54,222 nucleotides of DNA, filler included, from Bipalium vagum (GCA_037834085.1; 3 parts of 3 records of this genome joined end to end with filler, not necessarily neighbours in it), one strand, 5' to 3'; shown: positions 12,440 through 26,600, counted from the first letter of the whole stretch. Numbers and translations are program-made. Notes: generated from the letters alone by a model not told the origin.

Positions 12440-12850
12440 GACAGTCAACAGTATTTTGGAAAATAATTTCTTTGACACAAAATAAATAACAGAATTATAT
12501 TTGGATTATAATTATTACAATTGTTATTTTTATTATTAAAACAGTCAGTGGCCTTATCGAATCTGTTTTGTTGCTGCTGTTCTTTTTGCTCTAGGTCGTC
12601 TTCTTTCTTGAGAAAAAGCTAATATTGACATTGTGATATTGACTTGATCAAATATATCTATTCCATGGTCTGTGTGCGCAGATATCTGTGTGTATTAATT
12701 TGGCAATGCGAAGGCGACCATTCAAAATTAAACACACAATTTACGCACACTTGTCAGTTTTTTCTGATTGCGAGAATTAACCACAAAACTTTAGTGTGTC
12801 TGTTTCAATGATTATTTTCAAGCTCTCCCATTGGTCAAAATCATTCATTG
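12440..12850 (-). promoter_or_regulatory. Putative foxA 5'UTR/proximal promoter with FoxA-type sites and a CCAAT box
   Basis: TATTGAC at 12623 and 12637 and GTCAACA at 12444 match the FoxA/PHA-4 consensus TRTTKRY. A CCAAT box (GACCAATGG on the minus strand) lies at about 12828-12836. GC content is locally higher. Confidence 0.45.
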
Positions 12851-15331
12851 TCGTTTGTGAATATGCGCATCACCGTTGGATTTTTTTCGGTTACTGGAAA
12901 TGTTCTAATAATTATTTTCGAATATCTGAATGGAAAATCGATAAATTAGTAAAAATATAAAGATTTTATTATAAAATTCACAATCTGAAATAATGTTATT
13001 AATTTTATTGTTGTTTTTTTTATCATCATGAAAATCCAGTCGGGGGGTGCTGTCGCTGTAAGTCTGTTATCGGTAATTTTTGATAGATCATTCTCCCAAT
13101 TCTATGAGAGGTAAGGCATATGGCTTATCACTTCTCTTAATTGTAATGATAGTTAGCTTTCAACCTCAGTTGAGATAACTATGAAATGGTAGAGATAAAA
13201 ACTGACTCGAATGCTTAATGGAGCAATTAGAGTTTAAAGAAATAGATAACGATTAGTCTTAAACAACATCACCAGCACCATACATGAGCTATATTTGTAT
13301 TCCCGTCAGAAAATACTCGACTCTTAATTCAAAACAAAGTTTTAAAAGCAAAATAATATATTTACTTTACACACAGACTGCTTAGTGAATGTAAAACAAA
13401 AAATTTTGTGATGTTTATTTTGCACAATATACACACACCAGGAATACTCGTTTACTTTGTTTCATAATTTTACGTTTGAGCACATTGGAGAACGTGGACA
13501 CTTAAAAATATGCCATACTTTCTTATGTTAATGACGCTTAAATCGAATATGTCACATAAAATAACGTAATGACGATCACGAATCGTTCGATTTTCTAATA
13601 ATTATACACCTTTATCACTGAAAGACCCTTTGTGACCAGAGAATATCTAACATGATAACCTTTTTCAATCACATCTACATTAAATTTTTGGTTTAGTAAC
13701 AACAGATTAAAATCGATTTTCTCAACCGGTCTATATGGTTACAAAGCGAAAAAAATAATTTCTTCTCAAAAAATAAAAAGAAATTTTCTTGATCCATACA
13801 TGAAAGAAACGGGACAATTAATCAATTGTTATCGCATTTCCAAGTATTCTGGTGACAAAAATTGTCATGCACGTCACTAAATGAAAGATAAAACAATTAT
13901 TATTCTTGATTCTAAATAATTATTAATCATATTACTATTATTAAATGTATTATTAATAAAATCTGCACTATTATATTAATATATGCTGATATGCTCACGG
14001 CAGACATGAAATCTTATCTTTTTGATAGAAATCCACTTCTTTTGATGTTGAAGGCGAAATTAATTGAAAACAAACATTACAACCATAATAAATAAAGTGG
14101 GCAATTTTATTTTAGTTTCCGAATTTGAAATTTCAAAAAAAGGGTTTTCATTATGCCCGTTTTTTGACTTGTTTGTAATTGATTTTCGTAGAAATTTATA
14201 ATATCAATAGAATTTTAGATCAAAAACAGAAAGTCCTGATATGACCGCTACATGTTTGTCTTCAATGTATTGTATGGTTAGGAAGATGAGCAGAGGCGGC
14301 CAAAAATAAAAAAAACTAAAAGAAAAATACACAGAATCAACGAAGAAGATGGTGCGAAATTCGACAGAGCTGTTTTTTCATAAAAAAGTTTTTTGAAAAA
14401 ATCCTTAAAAACAATACCGTTACCATTGATCGATTATTTACTGATTTCTGCATAATTTATTAAAAAAAATATTTATTTTTCTGTCCGTAAAAAATTAAAA
14501 CTTGCATAAAAATTGAGATTTAATTGGCTAAATTTTATATAATGTGTTCAATATTAACCACTCATGCAAATCGAGTATTCTTGAAATGATAACTTTATTT
14601 TATACTAAAACTTCTTTCTATGAAATATTAACTGTTTATCTGAACTTTTAGAGTTTTTTGTGTTCTGAGAAAACTTTATTCGTAAACCTCGACAAGATCG
14701 CTTTTTCAGATCAAGATTTTTCACTAGTTTCAGGGGTTGACACAAAAATTGACCTTAATGTTCTTTAATCATGTCCGAAAATGAATTATGTTTAATTAAT
14801 AATACATTATTTTTGACATGATCAATATAATTCCGTTCGATATAGACTGAAAAATGTTAAGAAATAATTTTTTAGAATAACTAAAAATGTTCCTCATGCA
14901 TTCACTTTCGTGAAAAATATCACAAAAAATTTATTAAATGATAAAAAATAATTATCATTTTAAATATGGGAACACTGAGAATAAAAAAACTTCGTGGAGT
15001 AATCTTATCATCTGTCAGAAAGTCTTATCAAATTCTGTTCAATATATTTGGGAAATCATGATTTGGCCTTTCTTAAAGAGAAAACAACGTTATTTTTGGG
15101 GAGATTATCGAGAGCTCACCAAATTTATCCCTCCCTTTTTATATATCTGAAAATTTTAGTTGAACAAATTCTTTAATAATTTTCGTAATATTTTTTACAA
15201 TGTTCTTTTACAATTATGTTTCGAAATTATTCGAAAATGTTTCGAAATAAAGAGATAAATAAATAAATGTCTGTAAATAAATATATTCATTTAGAATCTT
15301 TTCTTAAATAAAAACAAATGTGATTTTCCCA

Positions 15332-15391
15332 TTTTTATTCTTCTACATTTTATTCTTCTATATTTTATTCTTCTTTATTTTATTCTTCTAT
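15332..15391 (+). repeat. Minisatellite, 4 x 15 bp (ATTTTATTCTTCTAY-like)
   Basis: Units start at 15332, 15347, 15362 and 15377. Confidence 0.85.
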
Positions 15392-16973
15392 ATTAAAAGT
15401 TTTGTTCATACATCGATAGTTCTGATCTTTGATAATGATTGTCTCAAAAGAAAAGTCAAAGACATTTTCTTTGGGTTTGTGTAAGGACAATTTTTCTTTT
15501 TTTAAAATTAAATACAACTTGAATAATTCTTTCCCATAATTTCACAATATACATAGATTTGAACCTGTTTATTTTCATCTTCGGCATCAAACTGGCATCT
15601 TGTCTTACACTTGATTTTAATTTAGCGACTGAAAAAATTGTTCAAATTACTAAAATATTGTGGATAACTGAATTACTTATTGTTGATATCAAACAAATTT
15701 AAATTCCGCACTTATGATATAAATAGATTTAATAAAACCAATCAAATGTCAGATGGCACTACCAATCAAACTAGATGGACATTTTATTTATTGTCATTAA
15801 ATTTAACAATCTCATTGTTAGTGGTCTGCCACGAGGAAATTATGAAGAAACAATTATAAATAACTTTGTAATGCTTTGTGGATAAGTATATTTCCTTTCA
15901 TTGCATCACCAGAAACATTTTAAAATTTACTGATAGAAAAACCAAAAATGAGAAAAATTCAACACCATTATTTCTGGAAGGACTCACTGAGAATTATTTC
16001 CCATTTTTTGAAATTAAGCAACAGAACTGGATTTTCACCCGATTATAATAATTTGAGAATTGATAAATATGATCCACAAATCATAAGGGCATTATTATTT
16101 TACCAGACAATACTTCTTGGTCCATTGTATTCTAGTTAGTGTCATTTAATATTAACAATATTTAACGATATTTGACAAAACATGGCATAATTTTAATAAT
16201 GCAAATATTTTTTGTTTAAATGAAGTGAGGGTTTAATTAAAACAAAATTTTCAATTTTCATTATGGAATATATTCAAAATCATTTATCGTGAAATGAAAA
16301 CCGTGTTGCAATAATAATGATAATAAATAAATAGTTAATAAATATTGTTTTATATGAATACTTGCTTTATAAAAATGTACAGAATATCTTAGCGAGGCGT
16401 TCTGAAACTCAACCGTTATTTTTAATTTATCAATCACATTAAATAAGGACATTTCGCTGTATTTAAAACTATTTATAAATGCCAATTTTTGCTTATTAAA
16501 TATTTTTTTTTATAAAATTGAATATAAAATAACCTCGATCTCCGTCAACAACCAAATCATTACATAACATTTCCATGAATTCCAATTAGTAAAAGTGTAA
16601 TGTTTTACGACTCCAATTGTTCTCAAAACCATTATTCAAGATTTTCTCTTTGACTTTGAAGAATAAAGCCAATGAAAAAGTAAAAAGCTTAAAAATTCTA
16701 TAAATCTTCAAGTTGACCAAGTTAATTTTCTTTGCCAGTGTGGACTTCGAAAGCCTGTTAAGCCAAGTCCTGAAGGTAAGCTGAAGATTACATTTAACTC
16801 CGCTCTGAGTAAAGCATTATCCTGCTTAAATTAATAATATTAAGCTGAAGAAGCTCTTTTAACTTTTCATAAAAATCATCAGTATAATTCTCATGAGAAT
16901 TTCGTTTTTAAGATAGGTTAATGTTCGACAACTCTAAATAAAAGTAACAGAAAAATATATAATATCTCAGACT

Positions 16974-16981
16974 ATAATTAT

Positions 16982-17044
<63 letters not shown>

Positions 17045-17052
17045 TAATAATA
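16974..17052 (+). repeat. (AAT)n microsatellite
   Basis: Read directly from the sequence. Confidence 0.95.
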
Positions 17053-17377
17053 AAAGGCATTAAATAATCTTAAAGAAAATAAATAAAACAATATTATATG
17101 TCCAACCTATGATAAAATGACTAACCTTTGTAAAATGGAGCCAGACAATTCATTTTCCATCATGCCAAAGGTCAACGATGCTGGATCAGATTTTTACCAT
17201 GACGAATCAAGAGATCACTGAATTTTTATCAGTTCCAAAATTCAGGGTTCTGAAAAATCGCTGAGGAAAAGGAATTGGATAAGTGGTTAAATGTGTGAGT
17301 GAAGAACAAATAGTTCTGGTAATAAATGACACAGTCCCAACGTCAGTGACTATATCAACAAATATACGACTGTACGA

Positions 17378-17758
17378 TGTTTGCGACCATGTTTATCGAG
17401 ATAATATTTGAATATTTGAATTCAAATCAATAAATAAATATTGACGGGCTGCGATAAGGTGAATGCTGGCTTGACAGAGTCAATATTGGGTTGGGTGTTG
17501 ACTTGATATATAAAAATCAGATAGAACACTTCTGTGATTGCAGACTGCAGTTCGATTTGTTTCTGATCGATTTTTGTTCGATTTTTCGCTGGCATTTTGT
17601 CTGGCAAGCCCTTTTCTGTGGATTCCAAATATCAGTTGGAGAATTAATTCGAAAATGTTCATTCCACTGTGCCTAAGCCCACAGAGACATCGTCGCATTT
17701 TGGATTTTATTTTTCAGATTTGAGCTCTGCTCTCACAGAAAATGTTCTGAAGGTAAGT
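17378..17758 (+). promoter_or_regulatory. Candidate TATA promoter and first exon of an unidentified plus-strand transcript
   Basis: Five FoxA-type TRTTKRY sites (17378, 17390, 17439, 17479, 17496), TATATAAAAA at 17507-17516, a GC-richer segment, then a consensus donor AAG|GTAAGT at 17752/17753. Confidence 0.4.
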
Positions 17759-18399
17759 TTTTTTTTAGATATTTTTTTCTTGATAGTTTTTTTTTGTTAT
17801 CGTGATTTTTTTGTTGATCTGAGACTAAAAAAATTATAAAGTGGAGAAAAATGATTAATTTTTAATTAATTAAATAAATTTCTCGTCCGATCACCGAAGC
17901 TCAAATGATCATTTTTCAGACATTTGTGGAATTATAAATCTGTAGGGTTTTTTAATGATAAAATATTTATACTAATAATAATAATAATATATATAAAAAT
18001 ATATTTTGCACTGTGTGGATTGATAAAGGATTGTGGAAATTGATTTTCCGAAAAAAATATTTTTCTTTGTAAAAATAAGCTTTTTTTGGAAAGAGTTTTC
18101 AGATTTGGAAAGGCAGATAATATCGATCTGTAAATCTGATCTAATCTCAATTATTGATTGATAAAAAATGATGATAAGATCAAAAGAAATTGCGCTTTTT
18201 GCAAGGCACTTGTTATTATTAGAAGAGGTGCTAATTTTCTCAAAGATTTCCTCTTTGAGTGTTGCTAAATTTTTGATAATTCGATCTTGGAAAATGTAAG
18301 CAACAGACCTGAAAATCGAAAGAATACCTTAGTGGAACTTGTTAATTAATTTGATCAAAATGTAAAAAGGTACTTTTCAATGACAAGCCTCTTTTCGGA

Positions 18400-19270
18400 C
18401 ATCAAACTTTTTGGAGAGAAAGGAGAATATTCTTAGAAATATTCACAGTTTCCGAAGTAGTGGGAGTCGGATATTTGACTTCATTAAGTAATATTGACAT
18501 TTGAAAAACCGTTGCGTAATGCTTACCTGCCTTACACATCGTATCAAAACATTTATAAAGGGTAAGTTCTATTCCTTGAGAATTGTGACCATCTGTTATA
18601 TGAATAGTAAAACAAAATAAAGAGGCATAACTGGAGTCTCTTTGGTTGATCAGAAAATAAAATATGTTGAGCATTTTATTCATATATTGAAATACATCTT
18701 TCATGTTATAACCCTTTAAGATGTCACATAAGTCCATGTATAACTTAGAAAGAAATGTAATTTTGTCTGACTTCTTTATTAGTAAAAAATATTTAAAAAT
18801 ATTAATCGGAAAGAAACTGTCCCACAGTTTTTGAGGAGATTCTCAGATATCATAGGTTAAGGAATAAGACCTTAGTAATTAGAAGACCTTCCTTACTTTT
18901 ATCACTAAAGAAACTTTCCTCTTCCAACAATTCCAGAGCCCTTCAAAAATAAAAGTATTTCCAAATGCTTATCTGAGACTTTATAAAATTTGGAAGACCT
19001 GCCAAAATCATCGTCTGATTTGATTACACGAGATCGGTAAGCGGATCTCCGATAATACAGGAACACTTCAAAATAAACTGGGAGAATTATGTAAACGGGA
19101 AATTTTGTTATTGTTTTCTTTTGGAATGCTTAATGTCTAGAATCCCACAGAATGCATTCTCCAGTGCTGTGGGAAAAACATGTTACTATTATCATTATTA
19201 TTATTTATTATTATTATTATTTATTATTATTATTTATTATTATTATTTATTATTATTATTTATTATTATT
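18400..19270 (+). mobile_element. Decayed 3' end of a non-LTR retrotransposon (CR1/L2/Jockey-like) with an (ATT)n tail
   Basis: Frameshifted remnants resemble the RT C-terminal 'LY...V.S.LE.C' and 'WN.LP' motifs. A 3' hairpin CCCACAG/CTGTGGG (19144-19173) sits just before the (ATT)n tract. Confidence 0.4.
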
Positions 19271-19370
19271 NNNNNNNNNNNNNNNNNNNNNNNNNNNNNN
19301 NNNNNNNNNNNNNNTTAATTAATTAANNNNNNNNNNNNNNNNNNNNNNNNNNNNNNNNNNNNNNNNNNNN
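19271..19370. other. Artificial assembly gap linker N44-TTAATTAATTAA-N44
   Basis: Exactly 100 bp. The palindromic 12-mer places stop codons in all six frames. Identical to 38276-38375. Confidence 0.97.
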
Positions 19371-22300
19371 TATAATAATAAATAGCAAAAAGAAAATCAA
19401 TGAAATAATGTCAATACTAGAGGGATAGGGCACTGAAAATTAATTAATTCTATTAATTAATTATTAATCGATGAAATATCAATATATTTTATTTCTAATT
19501 TTAATACAATAATTAACTAAATATCATTAAAAATTGTATTTTGCCAAATAATTAAAAATTAATGGAATATCGTTTGAAATATCAAAAATAATATCTTAAA
19601 ATATTATTATTTTTTTTTATTAATAAAAAAAATACATTGTACATTGTGAAAGAGTTCAACCGTGTTTAATCGTTGAACTATTGTTTATATTGTCGCCAAA
19701 AAATCGGTTTTTTGATGATTTCCATAAAGATTTTGCAAATTGATTTTGCAAATGGATTCTTGGGATAATTGCATATTAATGTATACTCAAAAAATATTTA
19801 TGACAATTACTTTAAACAAAAAATCCAAGCAAATAATTCCTTTAATGTAAAGCAAATTAAATTGGCAACTTCATTTTAATTGAAAATTAATAAAAATAGG
19901 AAATTAATTTTTTATAAATCTCCACAATTTCTGGTTGATATGATTAAGTTTTTTCTGTTACAAAAATTTGACAACAACCAAATTAAAATATCGAGATAAC
20001 TAAAACAAATTTCCTGATTTCCAGTTTGTGATTTTATCAAAATGTTTCGAAATCATTAAAATTATTATTATTTTTCAGAAAAATGTGATTAAAAAAATAA
20101 TGGAGCTTTGATTTTTCAAGAAAGAAAATATTGAAAAACATTTTTCTCGAAAATCTTTTTTTTATTTCTGCTATAATAATAATATTTTATTAAATTTTTA
20201 ATATTTAAATTTAATATTTAAATTTGCAAAAAAGAATAAATTGTAACGATTAAATTTTAATTAATATTAAATAATAAATAATAAATCATAAATATTTTTT
20301 AAAATATTTTAAAGTAATATATTAAAATTTAATCCTTGATGTAAAATAAATTTTTTAATAATTTTAATAAATTTTTAAATAATTAAATTACTAAAGGTTT
20401 CAGGTAATTAATTTGTGTAAGTAAATAATAAAAAGAGGACACTTTTTCAAACGATACAATTATTTTCATCGAATAAACATGTTACCAAACTTGATTTTAT
20501 GAATTCGGAAACTATTGATAACGTCGCGGTAACTAAGATAAATAAAGATAAATAAAAAAATCTTGATTAAAAATTTTTTTTCTCATTTCTTCTTAATCTG
20601 TCTTGAATATTTTTTATTTTATTTTTATTTTCTTTTTTTATTTATTTAAATATTATTTAATTTTTATTGTTTTAATCAACGAAATTATTAATTTTTAAAA
20701 AAAAATTATTTAAAATAAATAATTAAGTATTGAATAAAAATTTTTTTAATCATTATTTTTTATATAATTTCGAAATGGTAAAAATGAGTTGGTAAACAAA
20801 TTACCGATTTTAAAGGGAAAATTATTTAACAGTAAATTTTGAGAAAAACTCCATTTTGTGAATATTGTGAAAAAATCATTCTATTAATTTTAATAATTGT
20901 TGCAAATTTTGTTTTAATAAACTCAGGGGAATCTGCGTTTGTCGGTGTCTAACAAAAATGTCATTGGCCTATAAATAATTATAATGATAAAAAACATTTT
21001 TACTACTGTCCGTAATCCCAATTTTCAATATCATTAAAAATTATTTATTTAGATTTTTTCGAGAGTCCTTCTTAAATGAAAAATCATGTTTTACAGAAAA
21101 AAAATTGATTTTCAAGAAGAAAGTTGACTTTAGAATTAATAATAGACTAATTGTTTTGAGAAACTTTTGGGCAAATTGACGCCTGAAATTTTATTAAAGA
21201 TTTTACCGATTTTTTTAAGGAAAATATATCAAATTTTCTTTGATGAAAATTTTCGTTGAATTGAAATTTGAAAAAATTGATGACCTCAAATATTTTAAAT
21301 AAATTTTATAAATATTAATTTTATTTTATATACTTTATTGTAGACAATTATCGAAAATGAAAGATGAATTAAAATTATTTCTCATTCTCATTATAAATTA
21401 AAATGAATTTATTTAGTGAAATATTGATTTATTCAACATTTACAATAAAAAATTATAGTTAAAGTTTAAAAAATAATTATTAGCTAAGATTTAAAATAAT
21501 AATAATAATAATATAAAATATAAAAAAATACAATATAAATATTATAGAGTAAGCGTAAAACATAATCAATAATTTAAAAAATGAGCAATATATATCATTA
21601 ATTATAATAGTAATAAAATAATGATTAATTAATAAAAATTCACATAATTAATTAATTAATATTTAAAATAAAATAAATTATAGAAAATGATTAAACTAAT
21701 ATTAATAATAAATAATAAAAATTAAGAATAACAAAAATAATAATTGACAATTAATTAAAAATACATTAAATAATAAATTAATGAAATAAACTAGAAAATA
21801 AACAATCTCATTAATTATATTAAAAAAATTATTATTTCATACTTATTTTAAAAAAATAATTAACTAAATTAATTAATTAGTATTTAGAACCATTAAATAA
21901 AAGATATCAATAGAAAAAATTAATTAAAATAAAGAATCAGCTTTAAATAATTATTAATTTAAATTTAAATATTAAAATAATAAATAAAAAAAATTAATTA
22001 CTAGTAAATTATAATAAAATATTTATTTATTTATCGATTAAATGTCTAATATTTACATAGTGAAAATTGTAGGAGAAAAATAATTCTTAAGTTGGAAGAT
22101 TTGTCCACTGAAATTTTTTGCTAAATTTAATAAAAAAATTTCTTTGAAGTTTGAATAAAAATTTTATAAACACATAATTAGTTTGAAGCATTTAACAATT
22201 AGTTTAATAACAGAAAGTCTCTTTAAATTATTGATTTAATTATTATTAATTTAATTTGCGATAGAAATTAATTCGTTCCTTAATTAAACAAAGTTTGAAA

Positions 22301-23400
22301 ATTGTCTGAATTGACTTCCTTTAATCAATTTCTCCGTGTAACAATTTTAATACTTGAAAGTTCTTTTTAATATTTTTTATTCTCAAAACTTTTTTCTAAC
22401 AATTTATTTAATTTTTGAAAATAGTTCATTTATTGTTTTTTTTCCATTTGTGAATAAAAAAAATTTTATTTTTCGTTCAAAAAATAATTTTGACGATCCT
22501 TTAAAATTAAATCAAAGAAAAGTTAAAAAATTTTAATTAAATTAAATATATAATATTTTATATATAAATATTATTCACATTTCTTAAACTTTAAAAATAA
22601 TTTCGGAAAATTTGGACTTTAACTTTTCCAAAGAAATAAGAATTATTTTAATTGTTTTAATGTATGATGAGCTATTTTTTTAAAAATTGATAATTTTTTT
22701 AAAAAATGATATTAACTGATATTTATAAATTTCAATTATTTATGTATATTTTTATTTTTTTAATAAATTATAATTATAAATAATATTTTCTTAAAAGAAA
22801 GTATTATATTTAATTAAGATTAATCTACTTTAATTACTCTAATGTATCATTTTGATGAAACAGACATATAATGTATTATATTTTAATATAAATAAATATA
22901 ATTTATATTAAAACTTTTATATATATTTTTTTTATTAATTACGTTAATTAAATAATTTTCTGATATTTCTTTTTTATAATAAATTTGTTATACAAAGTTT
23001 AAAATAATATATTTTTATTTGTTAATTATTTTAAAAAATATTCAAGTATTTTATTTATTTATTTATTTTATAATTTTTTTTAATTATTATCAAATATGTT
23101 TTTTTTAAATTATTTAAGTATTTAATAAAATAATTATTTTATAATTTTATTAATTATTTTAAAAATTATTTAATTATTTTTAAAATTTATTTAATTATTT
23201 TGGAAAAATTTTAATTATTTTATAAATTAATTTTTTTATAAATTAATTAATTTATAATAATTTTAATTTGAAATTATGACTAAATAATATTTTCCAAAAA
23301 ATATTTTAAAAATTAAATAATAATAAACTGTCATTAATAAATATAAAGTATTACTTTGATGAAATAAAAAAATTGTGAACTATTTTCATTAATAAAATCA
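19371..23400. repeat. Extremely AT-rich low-complexity tract
   Basis: Mostly A/T runs and ATTA/TAAT quasi-repeats, with no credible coding signal. Confidence 0.7.
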
Positions 23401-24199
23401 CAAAGTTTCATATCAATATTGCGATCGCTTCAAAAAGAAATCTAATTACTTACCCAGGAAAGACAATTTTGTTTAAATTGAAACAAAAAAATGTTTTTCG
23501 TTAGAAATTATTATTATCTAAATTTAGTGATTGTTTAACACGAGACGTACGTTTCAAATTCTGAATTTAATATTAGTCAAATAAAATTGCATATTTCCGA
23601 AATAAATTTTCTTTTACATAAATGGAGCAGATCGTTGAGACAGGAAAGACTGGATCGTCTAAATATAATTCCAATTTAACCTGTGAAAATGATTATATAT
23701 CCCCAATCGCAGCACTTGGTTTTTAAGACAAAGACTACCACCATCAAACACAATGGCAGGGAAGACTACTCTGTGGACGTAATTTCAACCTCTCCTGATA
23801 AAGTTGAGTCGGCTCACTTCACCCTCGCTCAAGACTCATTCATTAAATACTGAAATTAATTAAGCCTTCAAATCATAAATGTTTACAAAAGAGATTCAAT
23901 CAATCATGACTGGAAAATGAAAGCAGACATCCACATTGCATTATGTTACATACAATTATAACTGTTCGTGTGTACAACAATGATGTATACTCATTTAGTA
24001 AAACAAAAATAAAAAATATTGTTAAAAGGTAAGTAAAGGGGAAAAATGAGGATTAATTAATGCACGAGTATTATCGCTTAGAATAATATTAATTTTAAGC
24101 TGTGATTGTTACTACCATCCTTGGTTATGAATGGCGAGGTGTGCTCGGAATGGGGAAATAATAATTATAATATTAATAAGTTCTTTTCATAATATTAAT

Positions 24200-24203
24200 A
24201 ATG

Positions 24204-24242
<39 letters not shown>

Positions 24243-24257
24243 GTAATAATAATAATA
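24200..24257 (+). repeat. (AAT)n microsatellite
   Basis: Read directly from the sequence. Confidence 0.9.
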
Positions 24258-25899
24258 AAATAAGTATTATTGCCACATTTCCCTCTGACCTGTAAGCGCA
24301 GATAAGAAGCAGATCAACTTGTTCATTCTGCTTGAACGGCAGAAAAGGAAATTACATTTTTTTAATGACCGCGAAGAATTTTAATAAAAGTTGAGCAGAT
24401 TCTTACTTGGAGCTTTCATTAATCACTCCAAGTCGGAGTAATGATGAAAAGTAAGATAACTTTCTAGTTTACCTGCATAAAAGACTTCAGATAATATCAG
24501 GTTTAATCTTATAGAGAAGGAGCCAATAAATTCCCAGTTGTGGAGGCTGCTGCACGATTCGCCGTAAATGGACTTATAAGATCATCACTCAAAATATTAG
24601 AAGAAGAGAAGAAAAGTTCTAATATTTTGATTTTGAAAATAAAAGTAGATAACAGTTTTGAAAAGGTTCTAAGACTAAAAACCTATAATTTAGGCATTAT
24701 TCTTGAATCGAGCGATACCATTAGAAGTAAAAGTTTGGGAGTAAACCCAATCATAAGGAGTACTACTAATGGAGTTCTGAAAGGCTGACAGGTACTCTAG
24801 TAGACTCGGTAAACTTTAATGGAGGTCGCTGATAAGTAACACGGTTTCTTTCTTAATTACGTTTAGGTAATTTAATTTGCATTGATGCATTTAAGAATAA
24901 TATTGAGTTAATTTAATATCACTTTGCATTCTTTGATTTGCCATTTGTAATTATTGATTTACCGGTGGTCAATGATAAGTTTTAGGCAATCGAAGAATCA
25001 TCGTGACACATTGGAATAAACAGTGCATGAGGCATCTATCAAGACATTTTTTACTTTACGCCTGAGATTATATTGATTTTGTCATTGTTGCTGTGAAATT
25101 TATCGAATGAATAAAGTCTTAAACTTCTAAGTTTCTTATTTGTGTTGCGAATTCAACCATTAAACTTTTTGTATCAGATAAATTATTCGTTTGGTTTTTT
25201 AATTAATTAATTTTTAATTGTAATTAAACTGATTTAATAAAAAATAATTTAATAATTAAAGTCGAAATATTTAATAAAATTGCTTAAAGTTATATTAATG
25301 ATAAATTTATATTTTATAATATTAAAATAAGTTCCTAATAAATTAATAATGAATAAAATAAATAAAATGCTAGCTTATTTCCTACTGAGCTGAGATATTG
25401 AAGCAATCTAATCTAGAATCAAAATGAAAAATATTAAGTATCTAAAAATGTAAATAAATAATTTATAATTTAAATTTTCAAATCCTTAAAAATTGTTTTC
25501 ATAATAAATCTTGAAAAATTCAAACAATGATTTGTTTAAATTTTCTAAATAAAATATATATTAAGTTAATTATTTAATATGATGTCATATGTTTCCATTT
25601 ATCTTCTGGAAAAATTTCACATGGTAAAAAAATTATTTTTTTCAAATAAATATGCATTTTTGAAAAATCTATAATTTTTTTCTAAATATAATAGATTTTT
25701 AAATCCAAAATATCAATAATTTTCGCAAAATCTGGATTAAGGGAAAAATATAAATTAATTTTATAATAATCTTTTAATTTATTATCTTTAAAATAGTCCA
25801 TTAAACTTAAATGACATCAGCTAAATATATTTATGTATTAAAAACGAATCAGCTCTATAAACAAGATCAGATGCATTGGATATTGCTTAGCGAATCAAT

Positions 25900-26600
25900 G
25901 ATCTGATCGTAATACTTAGTATGAAAGACAAATTCTTCCCAGCATAAAAACTATATAAAAAGAATGTTACTATTAAACATTTCCCGGAAAATGAATTTCA
26001 CGAGCGATGCCTGTCGTACTGTCAAATAATCCATGTTGAACGAACATCAAAAGGTCCATCAAAGTTCAGCTTTAGAAAATTGTAAATGTAGTAAAATCCA
26101 CATGATAAGATAGGCCTTTCTAAAACACGATTGTATCGACAGTATGGGGTAGCAATCAGCCATCTGCTCTAATTTGTCCAAAGAATGTGTAAAAAAGTAT
26201 TCAAAAAGTCGCTGAATGAGATTCTGATTAAGTTAAAGGAAACATAATTAATAGATCCTAAAAGAAGATTTTGTCGTTTTGAAATAATTCCTTAACTGGA
26301 AATGCTGGATTCTGTAGTCCGAACTTCGAAGAGTCGAACAAATATAAGATTTATCGAAACGATGAAGTTTAGGGAAATATTGGTTGTTTTATGAGGTATC
26401 TGAAAAAACGATAGAGTGGTTCGAAAAAGAAAATTCTCCATTAGTGACACTGAAGATTTTTATGAATACTAGATTTTAATATTTACTATGGAGGATAGAA
26501 GGCTAAAATAGTTTCATCATTGAAACGCAGAGTCAGAGTAAAGGTGAAAGAAAGTTTTATGACCAGAGTTTTTGTCAATCCTTGAAAAAATCGTTCAAAA
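25900..26600 (+). mobile_element. Heavily decayed LINE reverse-transcriptase remnant
   Basis: Broken frames give ICSNLSKECVKK..R, LIDPKRRF and FMRYLKKR, resembling the LINE RT motifs 'PIS.LS.LSK..EK' and 'W..SYL..R.Q'. Confidence 0.3.

Noticed and set aside
19315-19326. TTAATTAATTAA palindrome (also 38320-38331) as a biological site
   Set aside because: Centred in exactly 44+44 Ns twice, so it is a synthetic scaffolding linker.
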